Assembly (NCBI GenBank): GCA_965213705.1
Contig: OZ243913.1
Span: 3,392,001 to 3,456,000 of the forward strand
Origin: Trueperaceae bacterium
GTDB lineage: Bacteria > Deinococcota > Deinococci > Deinococcales > Trueperaceae
Direction of reading: 5' to 3'
DNA: 64,000 nt
Both the position numbers and the translations under genes were made by a program. The notes beneath the pieces are model-generated. The model searched no databases. It was not told the DNA's origin and was given only the letters and a program-made list of their open reading frames with translations. Shown one piece after another: positions 1 to 11,038 of this stretch (positions are counted from its first letter, which is position 1; each line of letters opens with the position of its first letter).

Positions 1-117
1 CTTTGTCAGAAAGACCTTGTTCTTCTCCAAGTCCGACTACATGCACCTGATTTTTTGCACCTGTTCTTAGTTCGCTACAACCTTGACATTGCTGGCAGTC
101 TCAGATGAGCCACTACC
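1..117 (+). mobile_element. insB: IS1-family element, 3' end (partial, degenerate insB C-terminus plus right IR)
   Basis: Reads FVRKTLFFSKSDYMHL..HLFLVRYNL, close to the InsB at 13162-13578; ends in CCACTACC (reverse complement of the GGTAGTGG IS1 IR) at 110-117. Confidence 0.85.
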
Positions 118-185
118 GATAAATGTACAAAGAAGTCCACAACAAGTTGTTTGTGAAGTCCTCTTGCCCCGTACTTTAAGGAAAT

Positions 186-854
186 TCAGGGCAGATGACT
201 CGTACCCGAACGGTCAGCCTTCCCGGACAAATCGACCACGGTCAGTATGAGAAAAGCGCCGCCCAAAATCAGTAGAACGATGAGGGCAAGTTGGAACTCC
301 CCAAGGATGTCATCACCCTCACGCGAGATGGTCGTGGCCGTCTCGACGTTCAACGCAATAAGGGCTTCTAACTGGCTACTCACCTCATCAAACAACTGCT
401 GAGGACCTTGCCTAAGAACAGTTATAGCTTCCTGATTCTGGTTTTCTCTCGACAGGGCCAGAGCGCTCTGGCTCTCTTCAAGATAGCGAGTCCAGGAATT
501 ACTGAAGGACTCATATAAGTCTTTTTCCTCTTCGGAGACGATGAGCGGTTCGTAACGCTGCTGCGCTTGCTCTAGTGAGCCGAGCGCCGAAGCCATTTCC
601 TCTTCGTAACGCTGCATGTCCTTGTTTTCCAGGGAGAGCACGTGTTGCATGGCGGCTACCCGGTAGGCTAGCGTGTTCACTTCCATGCGACCAAGTAGCT
701 GTGTACTGGGTAGCCAGTTAAGCTCTATTTGGGTGCTCGCCTCGTTGATCTGCCCTACGCGGCTCCAGGAGTAAAACGCGAAGACAGAGAGGCCAGTTAT
801 CAGTAACCCCAGGGCGATGACTGACCTGTTGCTTATGCTGTAGGTCTTCTTCAT
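186..854 (-). CDS. Membrane-anchored four-helix-bundle (4HB_MCP-type) sensor protein lacking a cytoplasmic signalling domain
   Basis: Likely start ATG at 854 (MKKTYS); N-terminal TM helix, NWLPS...YR..A.QH...E...Y..F...W..Y 4HB pattern, second TM helix, stop ~15 residues later. Confidence 0.75.
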   Translation of the reverse strand: MKKTYSISNRSVIALGLLITGLSVFAFYSWSRVGQINEASTQIELNWLPSTQLLGRMEVNTLAYRVAAMQHVLSLENKDMQRYEEEMASALGSLEQAQQRYEPLIVSEEEKDLYESFSNSWTRYLEESQSALALSRENQNQEAITVLRQGPQQLFDEVSSQLEALIALNVETATTISREGDDILGEFQLALIVLLILGGAFLILTVVDLSGKADRSGTSHLP

Positions 855-1000
855 AGCTCGCTTTCTACTACCATTGGTTGAGCGGACGTAGCACACAGAA
901 CACGGTGATGGAATAGGTTCTAAAAGAAACAAAGGTGTGAAGACTTTTTGTCATGTCTGCTAAGGTATAGCACACAGCCCCACCACGAACCGCGTCATGC

Positions 1001-1511
1001 CGGTCGTTTTAGGCTCGGGATAAACCGGGGGGCTCGAGCCTCTGTTTGACGCGGTTTTCTAAAGGCAATCTCAATACCCTTTTATGCTCACCTTAAAACC
1101 CGTCGAGAAAGGTCAGCAGAATCTCACCAAGCTGTTGCTAACGTCGTTTCAGGACAGTTGCTCTTTATCGCAGCAACTACGACGTCCACCTTCTCACGCA
1201 CCTCGGGCACCAGAAACTCGCCACTCATAAACTGATACGCGTGGTCTGAACAGGGGTTGGAGTCGTCGGCGTAGGTTCTGCCGGTCGTCACGTCGACATA
1301 AAGGCTGTAGTGGTAGACGGCGCTCACGTCCATAAAAGCTATATCGTCACCCGTAACGTCCATGACCGCTTCGGAATCGACCGCCCGGCACTCGCCCAAT
1401 TCGACGAAATAAAAGGCGAGGTAGGCGGGATGTTTTTCTAGCAGCAGACTCGGCCCCAGGACCAGTGGCTTTTCGGCTTTCCAAAGAGCCAGGTTGTGTT
1501 CCCTGCCGCGC
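1001..1511 (-). repeat. Dispersed repeat copy 1 (ORF remnant plus conserved 3' non-coding end), homologous to 20309-20866
   Basis: Shared peptide RGREHNLA...HPAYLAF...VELGECRAVDSEAVM...YSLYVDVTTG and shared downstream DNA CGGTCGTTTTAGGCTCGGGA...GGCTCGAGCC...TTATGCTCAC. Confidence 0.85.
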
Positions 1512-1841
1512 CGCATTTACCGCCAAGCCCTCGAGTCTTTGACAACCACGGAGACCGATTCGTGAAAGTGTAAAAACACGTGAATCTTTTGCCCTAGCTC
1601 GATTTGGGTCATAGGGGATGATGGCAAAAAACAGTCATCCGGAACAGCCACCGGGGCCGATAGAAAAGGGTTTTACCGCACCAAGAACGTCAGGGAGATT
1701 GTTAGAAGGCCGGCCTAGCGTATGTAGGTCCTGGTGTTTTTCCTCAACCAAAGATGCTGTTTGCGTAAGTCTAAGATATAACAACCGCTAGTTGGGTCAA
1801 GCCGAACAGTTCCACAGGACCAAGACCCATATTCTCAAGCT

Positions 1842-2675
1842 ATGAAGCAGCTCGCAGCCGTGCAGGTCATCCGGGACATTCGGTACGGTGAGGCGGACGG
1901 TGTAGCCCTCTACCTCGACATCGTTCAGCCCTTGGCGCGCGGCGCGCGACCGCGTCCCGCCATCCTGGAAATCCACGGCGGCGGTTGGAGCAGCGGCGAG
2001 AAAAACCCGCAACACGTACTGAGCCTCGCCCAGGCCGGCTTCTTTTGCGTCAGCATCGACTACCGCCTTTCACCACAGCACCTTTTCCCCGCCCACCTGC
2101 ACGACTGCAAAGCGGCCGTGCGCTGGCTTCGCGTTCACGCCGCCGACCTCGGTATAGACGGTGAGCGCATCGGCGTGTGGGGCGGCTCGGCCGGGGGCCA
2201 TTTAGCAGCACTTTTAGGCACGTCTTACGATGTGCCCGAACTGGAAGGAAACAGCGGTTGGTCCGGTGTGAGCGCACGCGTCCAGGCCGTCGTGAGCGTT
2301 TGCGGTGCGTCCGACTTCTCACAAATCAGCCTGGAGCACCTCACCGCCAACCCCGTCCCTCTTTTCGGAGGACGTGTTCACGAACACCCTGAACTGGTGC
2401 AACTCGCTAACCCGATAGCCCACCTGCGCCCCGACGCCCCGCCCTTTTTGCTTTTTCACGGTGATGCCGACGAGTTATCGCCTTATGAACAATCTGTGCT
2501 GCTTAGAGAGGCGCTCGAGCACGCGGGCGTACCCGTTACCTTGCACACCGCCCACGGTGGCAAGCACGGCTTCACGCCCGCGTGGGACGAACGCATCGAC
2601 AAACTCCGTACGGCGTTTTTCAAAAAGCACTTGGGAGACCCTGAACAAGAGCCCGCTACCGCAGCAGCACGCTAA
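1842..2675 (+). CDS. Alpha/beta hydrolase (HSL/BD-FAE-like esterase)
   Basis: HGGGW oxyanion motif, SIDYRLSP, GGSAGG nucleophile elbow, HGDAD and GGKHG catalytic Asp/His. Confidence 0.92.
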   Translation: MKQLAAVQVIRDIRYGEADGVALYLDIVQPLARGARPRPAILEIHGGGWSSGEKNPQHVLSLAQAGFFCVSIDYRLSPQHLFPAHLHDCKAAVRWLRVHAADLGIDGERIGVWGGSAGGHLAALLGTSYDVPELEGNSGWSGVSARVQAVVSVCGASDFSQISLEHLTANPVPLFGGRVHEHPELVQLANPIAHLRPDAPPFLLFHGDADELSPYEQSVLLREALEHAGVPVTLHTAHGGKHGFTPAWDERIDKLRTAFFKKHLGDPEQEPATAAAR

Positions 2676-2779
2676 AAGGGGTTTGGGTCACAACACCAAA
2701 AAGTATGTTTCAAGAAGAAGCAGCCAACCCTGCAGGACAAGTAAGCAGACGGCGCGGCTGGAAAGGTAGGGTAGTTCTC

Positions 2780-2986
2780 ATGGCTAAGTCTGAGGTCCAT
2801 TTCGAAGTTGAACTGACCGACGCTCAAGCGTGGTACCTCGCCCAGTTCCTGAAGCGGGTCGGCTTCTTGGAATTCAACGTCGAGCGACAAATGAGGAAGC
2901 CTACGCGATGCAAGAGGCAGCGAGCGCTGGCCGAGGCGGGCTTCGACCTCCGTTGCCACAAAGGTTTGTTCAACTTTGTGTCCTAA
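2780..2986 (+). pseudogene. Small plasmid/ICE-type hypothetical protein, frameshifted
   Basis: VELTDAQAWYLAQFLKRVGF, then ..EEAYAMQEA.. and ..ALAEAGF.. in different frames; resembles a small conserved mobile-element protein family. Confidence 0.5.
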
Positions 2987-3053
2987 TATCCTTTCCTTTT
3001 AATTTCCTCGGAATTAAATACGAGCAGAGCAAGAAGATGGGTAGTGCCTCACA

Positions 3054-3911
3054 GGTAATGGTTTAAACTGAAGCATGACCCCATGTTTAGAGTGTTACAG
3101 CGACCAAACCATCAAGAACAGCCATATCCACAACGGCAAACAGCGTGCGGATGCTACCACGCTCCTAGCGTTACTTGTGCAAAGACTGCGGCAGACAGTT
3201 TGTCTTGAACCCGACGAAGAAGATCGTCACTGAAAAAACCAAAGAGCGCATTGACAAGCTTCTACTGGAAAAGCTTCTTCTAGCCGGTATTGCCAGGGTT
3301 ATAGATGTCCCAGAAACATGGCTGCAAGCTTACGTGAACGAGAAGTACGAAGCTGTCGAAAAGCAAGTCCAGGTCAAAGCTAAAAAAGGGGGTTGACTAT
3401 CGAATGTGACGAACTGTGGTCGTTCGTCGGCAGCAAGCAAAATAAGCAGTGGGAAGAGCCCTCAGCAGGAGGTAGCATCTCGTTATTGACTGATGATACC
3501 AGCCGCTTAGGGCTGCTCTGGCTGGGAACTAGGCCCACCGGGCCGGGCTTTACCTGTTCTAGTGCAAGACCGAGCAACACGCGAAATCGTCGGTTGCTAT
3601 GTTGGCTCACGCAGCGAAGATGGTGCTATTGGTCTGTGGCAGAGTTTGCCGGACGGCTACCTCGACGCTGACACCTATGTTGACTTTTGGAGCGCCTATG
3701 ACGCTATCTTTTACGCTGGTAAGCTCTATCACGTCGGTAAAGCAAGCGGCCAAACCAACCACATCGAGCGCTTCAACAACACGCTAAGGCAGCGCTAGCT
3801 CGAGACTTGTCAGGAAAACCCTCTCTTTCTCCAAAAAGCTTGACAACCACGTCGGGGCTGTCTGGCTGTTCATTCACCACTACAACCAATCATTACCCTT
3901 TTAGGTCTACC
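3054..3911 (+). mobile_element. IS1-family element, degenerate (insA/insB with two internal insertions and a premature stop)
   Basis: Left end GGTAATGG at 3054; InsA Zn-ribbon KNSHIHNGKQR..CKDCGRQF; slippery AAAAAAGGGGG ~3382-3392; InsB ECDELWSFVGSK, TNHIERFNNTLRQR, RKTLSFSKK; right end GGTCTACC ~3904-3911. Confidence 0.88.
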
Positions 3912-4152
3912 TAAACTGTACAGAATATATTAAACCTCCTCAAAGTGTGAAATAAAAATAAAGTCGGCAGCTGAAAAAGGATGATTTGCCCTCTCTCATC
4001 ACGACTAGAAATTTCACGATTAAAATAAAGTTTGATGCTGAATACTCACTAATTTCTAATAAGGTTTGGAGGCAAAAATAATGTTGCAGGCTGTCCTCTC
4101 ATAAGCTTTTAATCTATTCTTCGACAAAACTGATGGCTGTTGTGATTTTGAG

Positions 4153-7100
4153 CTATGGATGATCCCGCACGTGCTCAAGCCACGCTAGGTAGAGAAGCTC
4201 TGTCTGTATGGTTGCTTGTTCAAGCTTAGCTAACCATTCGGGCATCGTAGCAAGCTCTACCATAATTTCATAATTTCCATCCTCCCCTTGATTTTCTTGA
4301 GGAAGCACGTTGGCGTGTAACTCAGCTAAAACTTTCATCGCTTCATCAAGGATGGGGTCGGGAACATCCAAAGAGTCGTAAAACTGAAGAAGCTCTGTTA
4401 TCTTATCCAAAATAGCCTGCAGAATACTGCCAACGAGTTCCATTTTCTTTTTGAAAAAGGGCTGCACTATCTCTCGCGCCCTTTCGTCAATCTCCTCCGC
4501 TAATTCTTCGTTGTCGAAACGCTTGAAGTCTGAAAGATGGGCGACTAACAGATATAAGTTCAGAATCAAACCGACTAGTTGTCTTGCTGCATCGAGGTGC
4601 ATATCTTGCCAGACCTCCAGATTCACGCGCCTCAAAAGGTCTGGCGAAAGAGGGTGAAACATCCTGTTCCACCAATCTTGTCCTTCAAATGAATTGCCGA
4701 CGAAGAGCCCATGACTCGAGATTCTTCTGGCTGCAGGCGAAATCAACTTGCCACCTACAAGGGGAAGGATACAAACCTGCTCACACAGTTGCTCGAGGAT
4801 GACCTGTTCGAGGCTTCCGTATTTGACTTCTCCGACTGCGCGTTGAATTGCGTCTAAGACCGTTTGGATGTCCTCATAAATTTCCAAGGGCTCGGAATCT
4901 ACAGTAATCCACAGGGAGGTTTGCTCTTCCCACCGCGCGGTGATCTCCAGCAAACCTGCATTGATGCCTCTCTTACTCAGCTTCTTCAGCGCTTTCTCAA
5001 TGGCCCTAAGTAGTCGTGGACCAATTCGCTCGGCACGAGCCTTAGCATCCTGTAGGGGCTCCTGAATACGCCGATTCGCATGATTGACTAACAGATGCCA
5101 GAGACACCATAAATTTTTGTAGGTCTCGGTTTCTTGTTTCTCTAGCTTTGTCAGTTCGCTTTCGCTAAAGAATTGGCCGAAGCGTGCCCTGAACTCAGTT
5201 TGGTAGGTTGGTAGGGCAAAGTAGGTGTCGTTAAGATTCATCAAGGAGGTGCTTCCGAGATCTGACCGAAGCTCGCTCCCACTGATTATTTGCTCGCGTT
5301 CCTCGGGACTCAATGCCGTTTCTCGAGCGCGAATAGTATTGACCTTAAAAACGCGAAGCGCTTGAGGTAAGAAGTTTTGGACACCGCGGGACAACTTCTT
5401 CTGATGTTCAAGGAATGGCTTTAGGCTACTTAAAGCGGCAGGAACGATCAATCTTTCTATAACTGTGTGCTCGCTGGCGACTCTCTTTGTCTTTTTTTCA
5501 ACCTTCGATTCACTTGTGAAGCCCCATTCATCCACCGCGGGTTTTGGTATTAAGGTTTCATTCCGTAACTGGTCAAGACATTTTTCCCATACTTCAAAGT
5601 CTACATAGGTGTTTAAATTAACGAGATTCTTCTTCCTAAAATGTTCCTCCACGGCTTTTTGGAGCATTTTGAAAACGCTGATTACGCTCTGCCGCAAGTC
5701 CCACTGTTTTAAGGCGTACTCTTTCCAGGTGTCCGGTCGATATTTGTACTCACCGAGATTGCTGTAGAGTTTGTTGACGTGGGTCGCCTTATCTGGAAGA
5801 AGATAATCAGTCGATATTTCTTTTATAGACTCGTCGTGGATAGGTTCCATCGAAGCCCACATGTGGCCGTAACCTCGGCAACCGTACGTGTCACGATCTG
5901 GAATGAGCTTGCGTAATAATCTCACGCGTTGCATGGCCTCACTGTGGACTATATTCTCTGGAGTAGACCTTTCAATGGGGAATTTCTCATCAGGTGCTTT
6001 AAGAAGGTCATAGACACTTGTGACGTTTTCGAATCCGGAAACTAACATAGCAATGTCAATAACGAAGTGAGATCGCATAGTCTCACCATCATCCTCGACA
6101 AGTACAGTTGTTGTTTCACTGCGAAATCGCCCCAAAAGTTCCGGTCGAACGCTTGAAAACCACACTTCGAATGAAGCACTGTACGAAAGCGCAAATGTTA
6201 CTTCTGAGAGGATTTCCAAGTCCAATGACACTGTTGCTGTCTGCAACAATTCTTTAGAAACAAAGTCAAAGGCGTCACCAACTTTCAAATATCCAAGCCA
6301 AAAACAAACAGTTGCAAAGTTCAACCACTCGAAATCAGATGATGGAGGCTGTATGGTGCTCGGCAACTGCCTAAGCCAATACTTCACGCCACCGAATACA
6401 GACTCAACATTTGTAAACCGCTCTTCTATTTCCCGCTTACTTTCTAAAAGCTCATCTGTCACTAGGCCTGTGTTAGCAAGGCGTTCTACCCAAGACAGGA
6501 GTTCCCCCTGCCAGACTTTTGTCAAGTCCACCTGTACTGTTATCCACCATGCTCTGTTGAAGCGTATGTAAGCATCATAAATAGCATCGCTGTTTTGCTC
6601 CACATATCCTTTTACAGATAACCAAAGCAAGGCATTCAGAACGCCAGCGATACCTGCCCAAGTCTGAGGAGTCATTGAAGACAAAACTGCGAGAATATGC
6701 GCCTCTGCGTCTTGATTTCTTGAAAACGCGAATAGTAGGAACGCTTCGAAGTCAGCTTCCACCGCCGTTCCAAGAACGGGATAAACACAACTTTCCCAAG
6801 GTTGCAAAACAGGATCTGTGAGTAGGCCCGCCAAAATCATAGAGTGTAGAGGATGCAAACCTTCTACATAGCGGCCGTCATTGCTCGTTCGTAAGAGGTA
6901 TTCCTTCTCGAATCGGTCAACTGATGCCTTTGGCGAGGGCAGCTTCAGTAGCGCGGCAAGCTTTGCCAAGCCGAGTTCCGTATGCTGAGGCGGCAGCAAC
7001 GATGCGCAACAGGCTGAGCTCACTTGGGGTGAGCTGTCCACCACGCACTTCATTTTCTAGTTGCTTGACTTGCTTACTTAACCGTTCATGCAAGGACTCG

Positions 7101-7600
7101 TTTTGGGTAGCGAGATACACAAACTCTAGGAGCGGCCCCGTTCCGCCAAACCTCTCCCAAGCCTCTTCAAAACTAAGCAAGTGTTCAGGTACTTTACGCG
7201 CAACTAAATCATTAAAGATTTGGTGCCCCTCATTTCGCTCAAAGCTCAGCTCTAAGGTCTCGGGTAACCCGAGCGCAGTGCTCGGTGTGTCGACGCGCTT
7301 GAAATCCTCTTCGCGCACAGTTATCAAAAGCTTTATATTCTGGTACTCGCTAAGCTCCTTGACAACCTGAACCCATAAGTTATTGCCTGGTTGTGCGTCA
7401 ATATAAACGTACATTTCTGTGCCGACCGCCTCAAAATGTCCTGACAGGGCTTGAGCAATTGTGAGTGCGTGATGCAAGTCTTCTATTGCAACAATTTCGA
7501 AGCGCGATGGTGAAGGAACAAAGTCACGCAGGAAGCGATAGGCCAAAGTTGATTTTCCTTGGCCTGATGCGCCATGAATAATAACAACATTTGTACTTTT
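4153..7600 (-). pseudogene. Large STAND-class P-loop NTPase (candidate antiviral sensor), 5'-truncated and frameshifted near 6970
   Basis: The frame upstream of ORF 6917-7546 reads KSTNVVIIHGASGQGKSTLAYRF (Walker A), then YVYID (Walker B-like), LLITVRE (sensor) and GPLLEF; it joins the 966-aa helical ORF by a frameshift; the segment is AT-richer than its surroundings. Confidence 0.75.
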
Positions 7601-8365
7601 GAACTTCTGGTTTATCTCCTGCAGCCCGCGCGAGGCACTTTATGTGCTCGACGGTTTGCTCGAGAACAACACAATCTTACAGATTAAAGCGCACACCGCC
7701 GACACCCACGGTTACACCGAGATTATCTTCGCGCTCTGTCATTTGCTGGGATTTGACTTCATGCCGCGCATCCGTGACTTGAAAGACCAGCAGCTCTATA
7801 GACTCGATAGACAACATGACTACGGGGTTTTTGCACCGCTCCTGACCAAAACGGCGGACGCCGAAATTATCGAAGAGCAGTGGGAAGAAATGGTCCGTGT
7901 CGCCGTTTCCCTAAAAGAACGTACCTCGCCTGCGCACGTAGTGGTGCAGCGTTTGACGAACAGCTTTCTTGCTGACCGCTTGTCCAAGGCTTTCACCAAC
8001 TTAGGCATGTCATCAAAACGCAGTACATTCTTCGCTACCTGACCGACAAGAAATTACGGCAGACCGTTCAGCTTCAGCTCAACAAGGGTGAGTACCGCCA
8101 CAAGCTCGCCCGGCGCATCTTCTTTGCGGACCAGGGCGCGTTCGGTACCGGAGACTACAAGGAGATTATGAACAAGGCGAGTTGCCTCAGCCTCGTGTCC
8201 AACGCTATTCTCTACTGAAACACACTCAAAATAAACGAACTGGTTGAACAGTGGCGGGCACGGGGTGAGGTTATCGAAAACGACGTTCTGCAGCATGTTT
8301 CCTTGCTGCCTCACAAACACGTCGTGCCTAACGGGACGTACTTTATCGAAGACTATATGACCTGA
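7601..8365 (+). pseudogene. tnpA: Tn3-family transposase, C-terminal remnant (frameshift ~8008, internal stop ~8216)
   Basis: REALYVLDGLL, DTHGYTEIIFALCHLLGF.FMPRIRD, QLNKGEYRHKLARRIFF, LSLVSNAILY, PNGTYF motifs. Confidence 0.92.
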
Positions 8366-8409
8366 CGATTCGACGGAAACCTATGGGTGTGAGGGTGTTT
8401 AAGAATCCA

Positions 8410-8446
8410 TAACCGTAGGTTTCTGTTCAAATGCGCCCGCTGGTCC
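8410..8446. repeat. Tn3-family terminal inverted repeat (37 bp)
   Basis: TAACCGTAGGTTTCTGTTCAAATGCGCCCGCTGGTCC just after tnpA; 36/37 identical to 58451-58487. Confidence 0.85.
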
Positions 8447-8674
8447 AACTGTCAAGCACGCTTTACCGCTTGACAGAGCGAACGCGGTTCTCCAGGTTCT
8501 GTGCTAAGGTTCTCGTGGCATTAAGCGGCTCAAAATGCAGGCACGCTCCAACTCGCCCGGAGGCGCGCAGCGGCGTCTTCGCGTCGGGTTCCTGACCTTT
8601 GCTTTTGACCTTGGCCGTGGCCACCAGCCATTACACGGTTTTTATAACTTGCCAGCAGCTCACGTGTTTTGTGC

Positions 8675-8890
8675 TTATAAAGCGACTGTTATGGCTCGTT
8701 TCCCAAGGGCCACGAAAGCGTCTTTGAGTTCCGGTGGCTCGAGCACGCTCGTGGTCACGGGAATGCCTAACAGGTAAAGCGCAATGCGATAGAACCAGTC
8801 AGGATGAGCCACAAATGTCATCAGCGCCCTGCCCTCTTGCACTTCGGAGCGAAGCTACCCCTTGAAAGAAAGTTTTCAAAGCCGCTGCGC
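8675..8890 (-). pseudogene. WYL/WCX regulator C-terminal remnant
   Basis: Minus frame EVQEGRALMTFVAHPDWFYRIALYLLGIPVTTSVLEPPELKDAF..., resembling the WCX VLEPPEL tail; no start region. Confidence 0.55.
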
Positions 8891-8895
8891 ACACC

Positions 8896-9285
8896 TCACC
8901 ACAGCACCGTAACCTCATAGTCGTCAAACAACTCGTCATTCGTCACCACCGCCACGTGTTCATGCTGCGCCTGGGCAACGAGCATTCGGTCAAAGGGGTC
9001 GCGGTGATGCAGCGGCAACGCACCTGCGGCAAGCGCATGTTCGGGGCTGATGGGCAGCACGGTCGCTCGCAGCCGTTTCAGGTGACTGGGAAAGTCTTCA
9101 AGGACCGCGCTGGCACTCGTGAGTTTGCCGAGCTTGTGTTTGATGCTCAGTTCCCAGGCGCTGGCGCTGCTGACCAAAAGCACCGTCTCGGGGTCTTGAA
9201 CCGTCCCTAAAGCAGCCGCGCTCAACTTGTGCGGTTCCAGTAAACTCCACAGCAGCGCGTTGGTGTCGAGTAAAACCGTTACCAC
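8896..9285 (-). CDS. vapC: PIN-domain toxin (VapC family)
   Basis: LLDTNALLW, VSSASAWE, HHRDPFDRMLVAQA, VVTND; overlaps the antitoxin stop. Confidence 0.95.
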   Translation of the reverse strand: MVTVLLDTNALLWSLLEPHKLSAAALGTVQDPETVLLVSSASAWELSIKHKLGKLTSASAVLEDFPSHLKRLRATVLPISPEHALAAGALPLHHRDPFDRMLVAQAQHEHVAVVTNDELFDDYEVTVLW

Positions 9286-9497
9286 GCGTCGAGTTCGTCC
9301 TCGGGCAAAGGCTCGAAGAAGCTCTCGGGCACCGTACCTGCGACAAAGCCGAGTTCACGTGTACCTTGCGCCAAGGGCACCAACCGGGCGTAGGGTTTGC
9401 CCGCTTTGGCGAGGATAATCTCCTCGCCGTTCTTGACCCGCTCGAGCAGTCTGGACAAATGGGTTTTGGCCTCGTGGATGTTGACGACGGTGGACAT
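9279..9497 (-). CDS. Phd/YefM-family antitoxin
   Basis: VNIHEAKTHLSRLLERVKNGEEIILAKAGKPYARLVP; AGGAGG RBS. Confidence 0.95.
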   Translation of the reverse strand: MSTVVNIHEAKTHLSRLLERVKNGEEIILAKAGKPYARLVPLAQGTRELGFVAGTVPESFFEPLPEDELDAW

Positions 9498-9651
9498 TTT
9501 ACCTCCTGACTTAGTCCGCTTAGTTTAGCATGAGGCCGCGACTAAAACGCAGGTTTTTGGATGCAGCCCTCGGCTCCGATAGCTCGGGCGTAGTCTTGAA
9601 AATGCTGCCTCTTCGCTTTTGAAGGTAGCAAAGCTACCCTCTTCTCGCCGC

Positions 9652-9686
9652 AAAAAAAGAGACCCCGAAGGGTCTCCACAATCGCG
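9652..9686 (-). terminator. Intrinsic terminator after the SnoaL-like gene
   Basis: Minus strand GGAGACCC-TTCG-GGGTCTC-TTTTTTT. Confidence 0.85.
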
Positions 9687-9721
9687 TCGGCTGTTTTACA
9701 GGCTTTTTCAAGGGTATTGTC

Positions 9722-10273
9722 TTAAGGACGCGCGAACGTATCAAACAGGCCGAGCTGCCCCAAGACGTCAGCACGGTTATAGTAGTCACCAACGCTTACA
9801 ATACGGTCGCCTTTTAATTCGAAGATGGACACCGCCGGGACTGAGAAAGACTTACCGGTTCCCTCGACAGGTCCTAAACGAAGTGGCGTGCCACTGAAGA
9901 TCCACCTCACCGCGATGAGGCCGTCTGTTTGGAAGGTGTCGATAATCTCGACCTTGGTGTCGGGAATATTTTGGACGGTCAGCTCAACCCAGAATTCAAC
10001 ACCTTCTTTGCCTTCGACCTGGGCTTGAAATGCGTAATCTTGGTAGACACCGTCTTCCGTAAAAAGCGCGCTCATAGTTTGGGCGTCACCCGCGTTCCAA
10101 GCGTCCTGCCACGACTGCACGATCGGGGGAATGGGCCGCGCTGGGTTAGGTGGAGATGCTGGCTTAATAGGCCCAACCGGATTTTCCTGAGCGGTGGCGG
10201 ACAGAGGGGTTAAGACGAACAAGGCAAGAGCAGCAAGGATAAAGTGTCTCAAGAGGGTTGCTAGAAAATTCAT
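9722..10273 (-). CDS. Secreted SnoaL/NTF2-like (ester cyclase family) protein
   Basis: ATG 10273 with AAGGAG RBS; signal peptide ending ATA-Q; WNAGD..LFTED..Y.D, AVRW..SGT, G.SFSVPAVSIFEL.G.RI...DYYN. Confidence 0.85.
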   Translation of the reverse strand: MNFLATLLRHFILAALALFVLTPLSATAQENPVGPIKPASPPNPARPIPPIVQSWQDAWNAGDAQTMSALFTEDGVYQDYAFQAQVEGKEGVEFWVELTVQNIPDTKVEIIDTFQTDGLIAVRWIFSGTPLRLGPVEGTGKSFSVPAVSIFELKGDRIVSVGDYYNRADVLGQLGLFDTFARP

Positions 10274-10386
10274 GGGTTGCTCCTTTCCGAAGCAGTTAGA
10301 GGTTCGAGCTAGTGTTTGAAAATTTTGCTGCGGCTGGGTTCGGACAAACCAGGGGGCCAAGGGTAAACCTCAACACAAGCCATTTG

Positions 10387-10411
10387 TCTATCAATGATAG
10401 AAAAATGTCAA
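10387..10411 (-). promoter_or_regulatory. TetR-type operator palindrome TCTATCAATGATAGA with adjacent TTGACA -35 (SnoaL gene promoter)
   Basis: Perfect 7-1-7 palindrome at 10387-10401; minus-strand TTGACA at 10406-10411. Confidence 0.7.
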
Positions 10412-10420
10412 AAAATCAAT

Positions 10421-11020
10421 TCATGATTGTACCTCCCAGCTTTTCATAAGAGCAGATAGAGCGTTCACGGCCAACACTTCGGCATGGTCGAAGCCGATGT
10501 CCTCAAGCGTACCCAAGGAGGCCATACCGTGCAGGATGCCCCAGCAGGTCTCACAGGCGGTAAGTGGGTCAGAAATGTGAATGTCTTTGGTGCTCGCCCA
10601 CTTCTCAACGGCTTGAGTCACAAAAGCGATCACGCCTAAAGCCGCAGTTTTGCGGGCATTGGGATCAAGTTGAACCCCACTAAGACCATTCATCAGTTCG
10701 TATAAGCGGGGTTGCTCCTTGGCAAAGCGCAGGTAGCTCCGGCCCACATTGAGTAGCTGTTCATCCGGTGTGTTTGGTTGGTTAGACGCCTCCATAACTC
10801 GACAAAGTGTCTCATAACCACGTTTCATTAAAACCTGCAGTGCAGCCTCCTTGTTGTCGAAGTGCTGATAGATGATAGGTGAGGTGTAGTCGATTTCGTC
10901 AGCAATATTTCGAATAGTGACAGCAGACCATCCTTCGCGGTTGGCAAGCTCGAGTGCAGCTTCTAGGATGCCCTCGCGGTTGGCGATGTGTTGTTTCTCT
11001 CTGCGTGTCAAAGTACTCAA
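10421..11020 (-). CDS. TetR/AcrR-family transcriptional regulator
   Basis: ILEAALELANREGWSAVTIRNIADEIDYTSPIIYQHF HTH; CWGILHG C-terminal motif. Confidence 0.95.
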   Translation of the reverse strand: MSTLTRREKQHIANREGILEAALELANREGWSAVTIRNIADEIDYTSPIIYQHFDNKEAALQVLMKRGYETLCRVMEASNQPNTPDEQLLNVGRSYLRFAKEQPRLYELMNGLSGVQLDPNARKTAALGVIAFVTQAVEKWASTKDIHISDPLTACETCWGILHGMASLGTLEDIGFDHAEVLAVNALSALMKSWEVQS

Positions 11021-11038
11021 AATATATCCTCGATTGGT

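Noticed and set aside
3145..3172. GTGCG as a group II intron 5' end
   Set aside because: The insert is only 25 bp; no domain V or reverse transcriptase nearby
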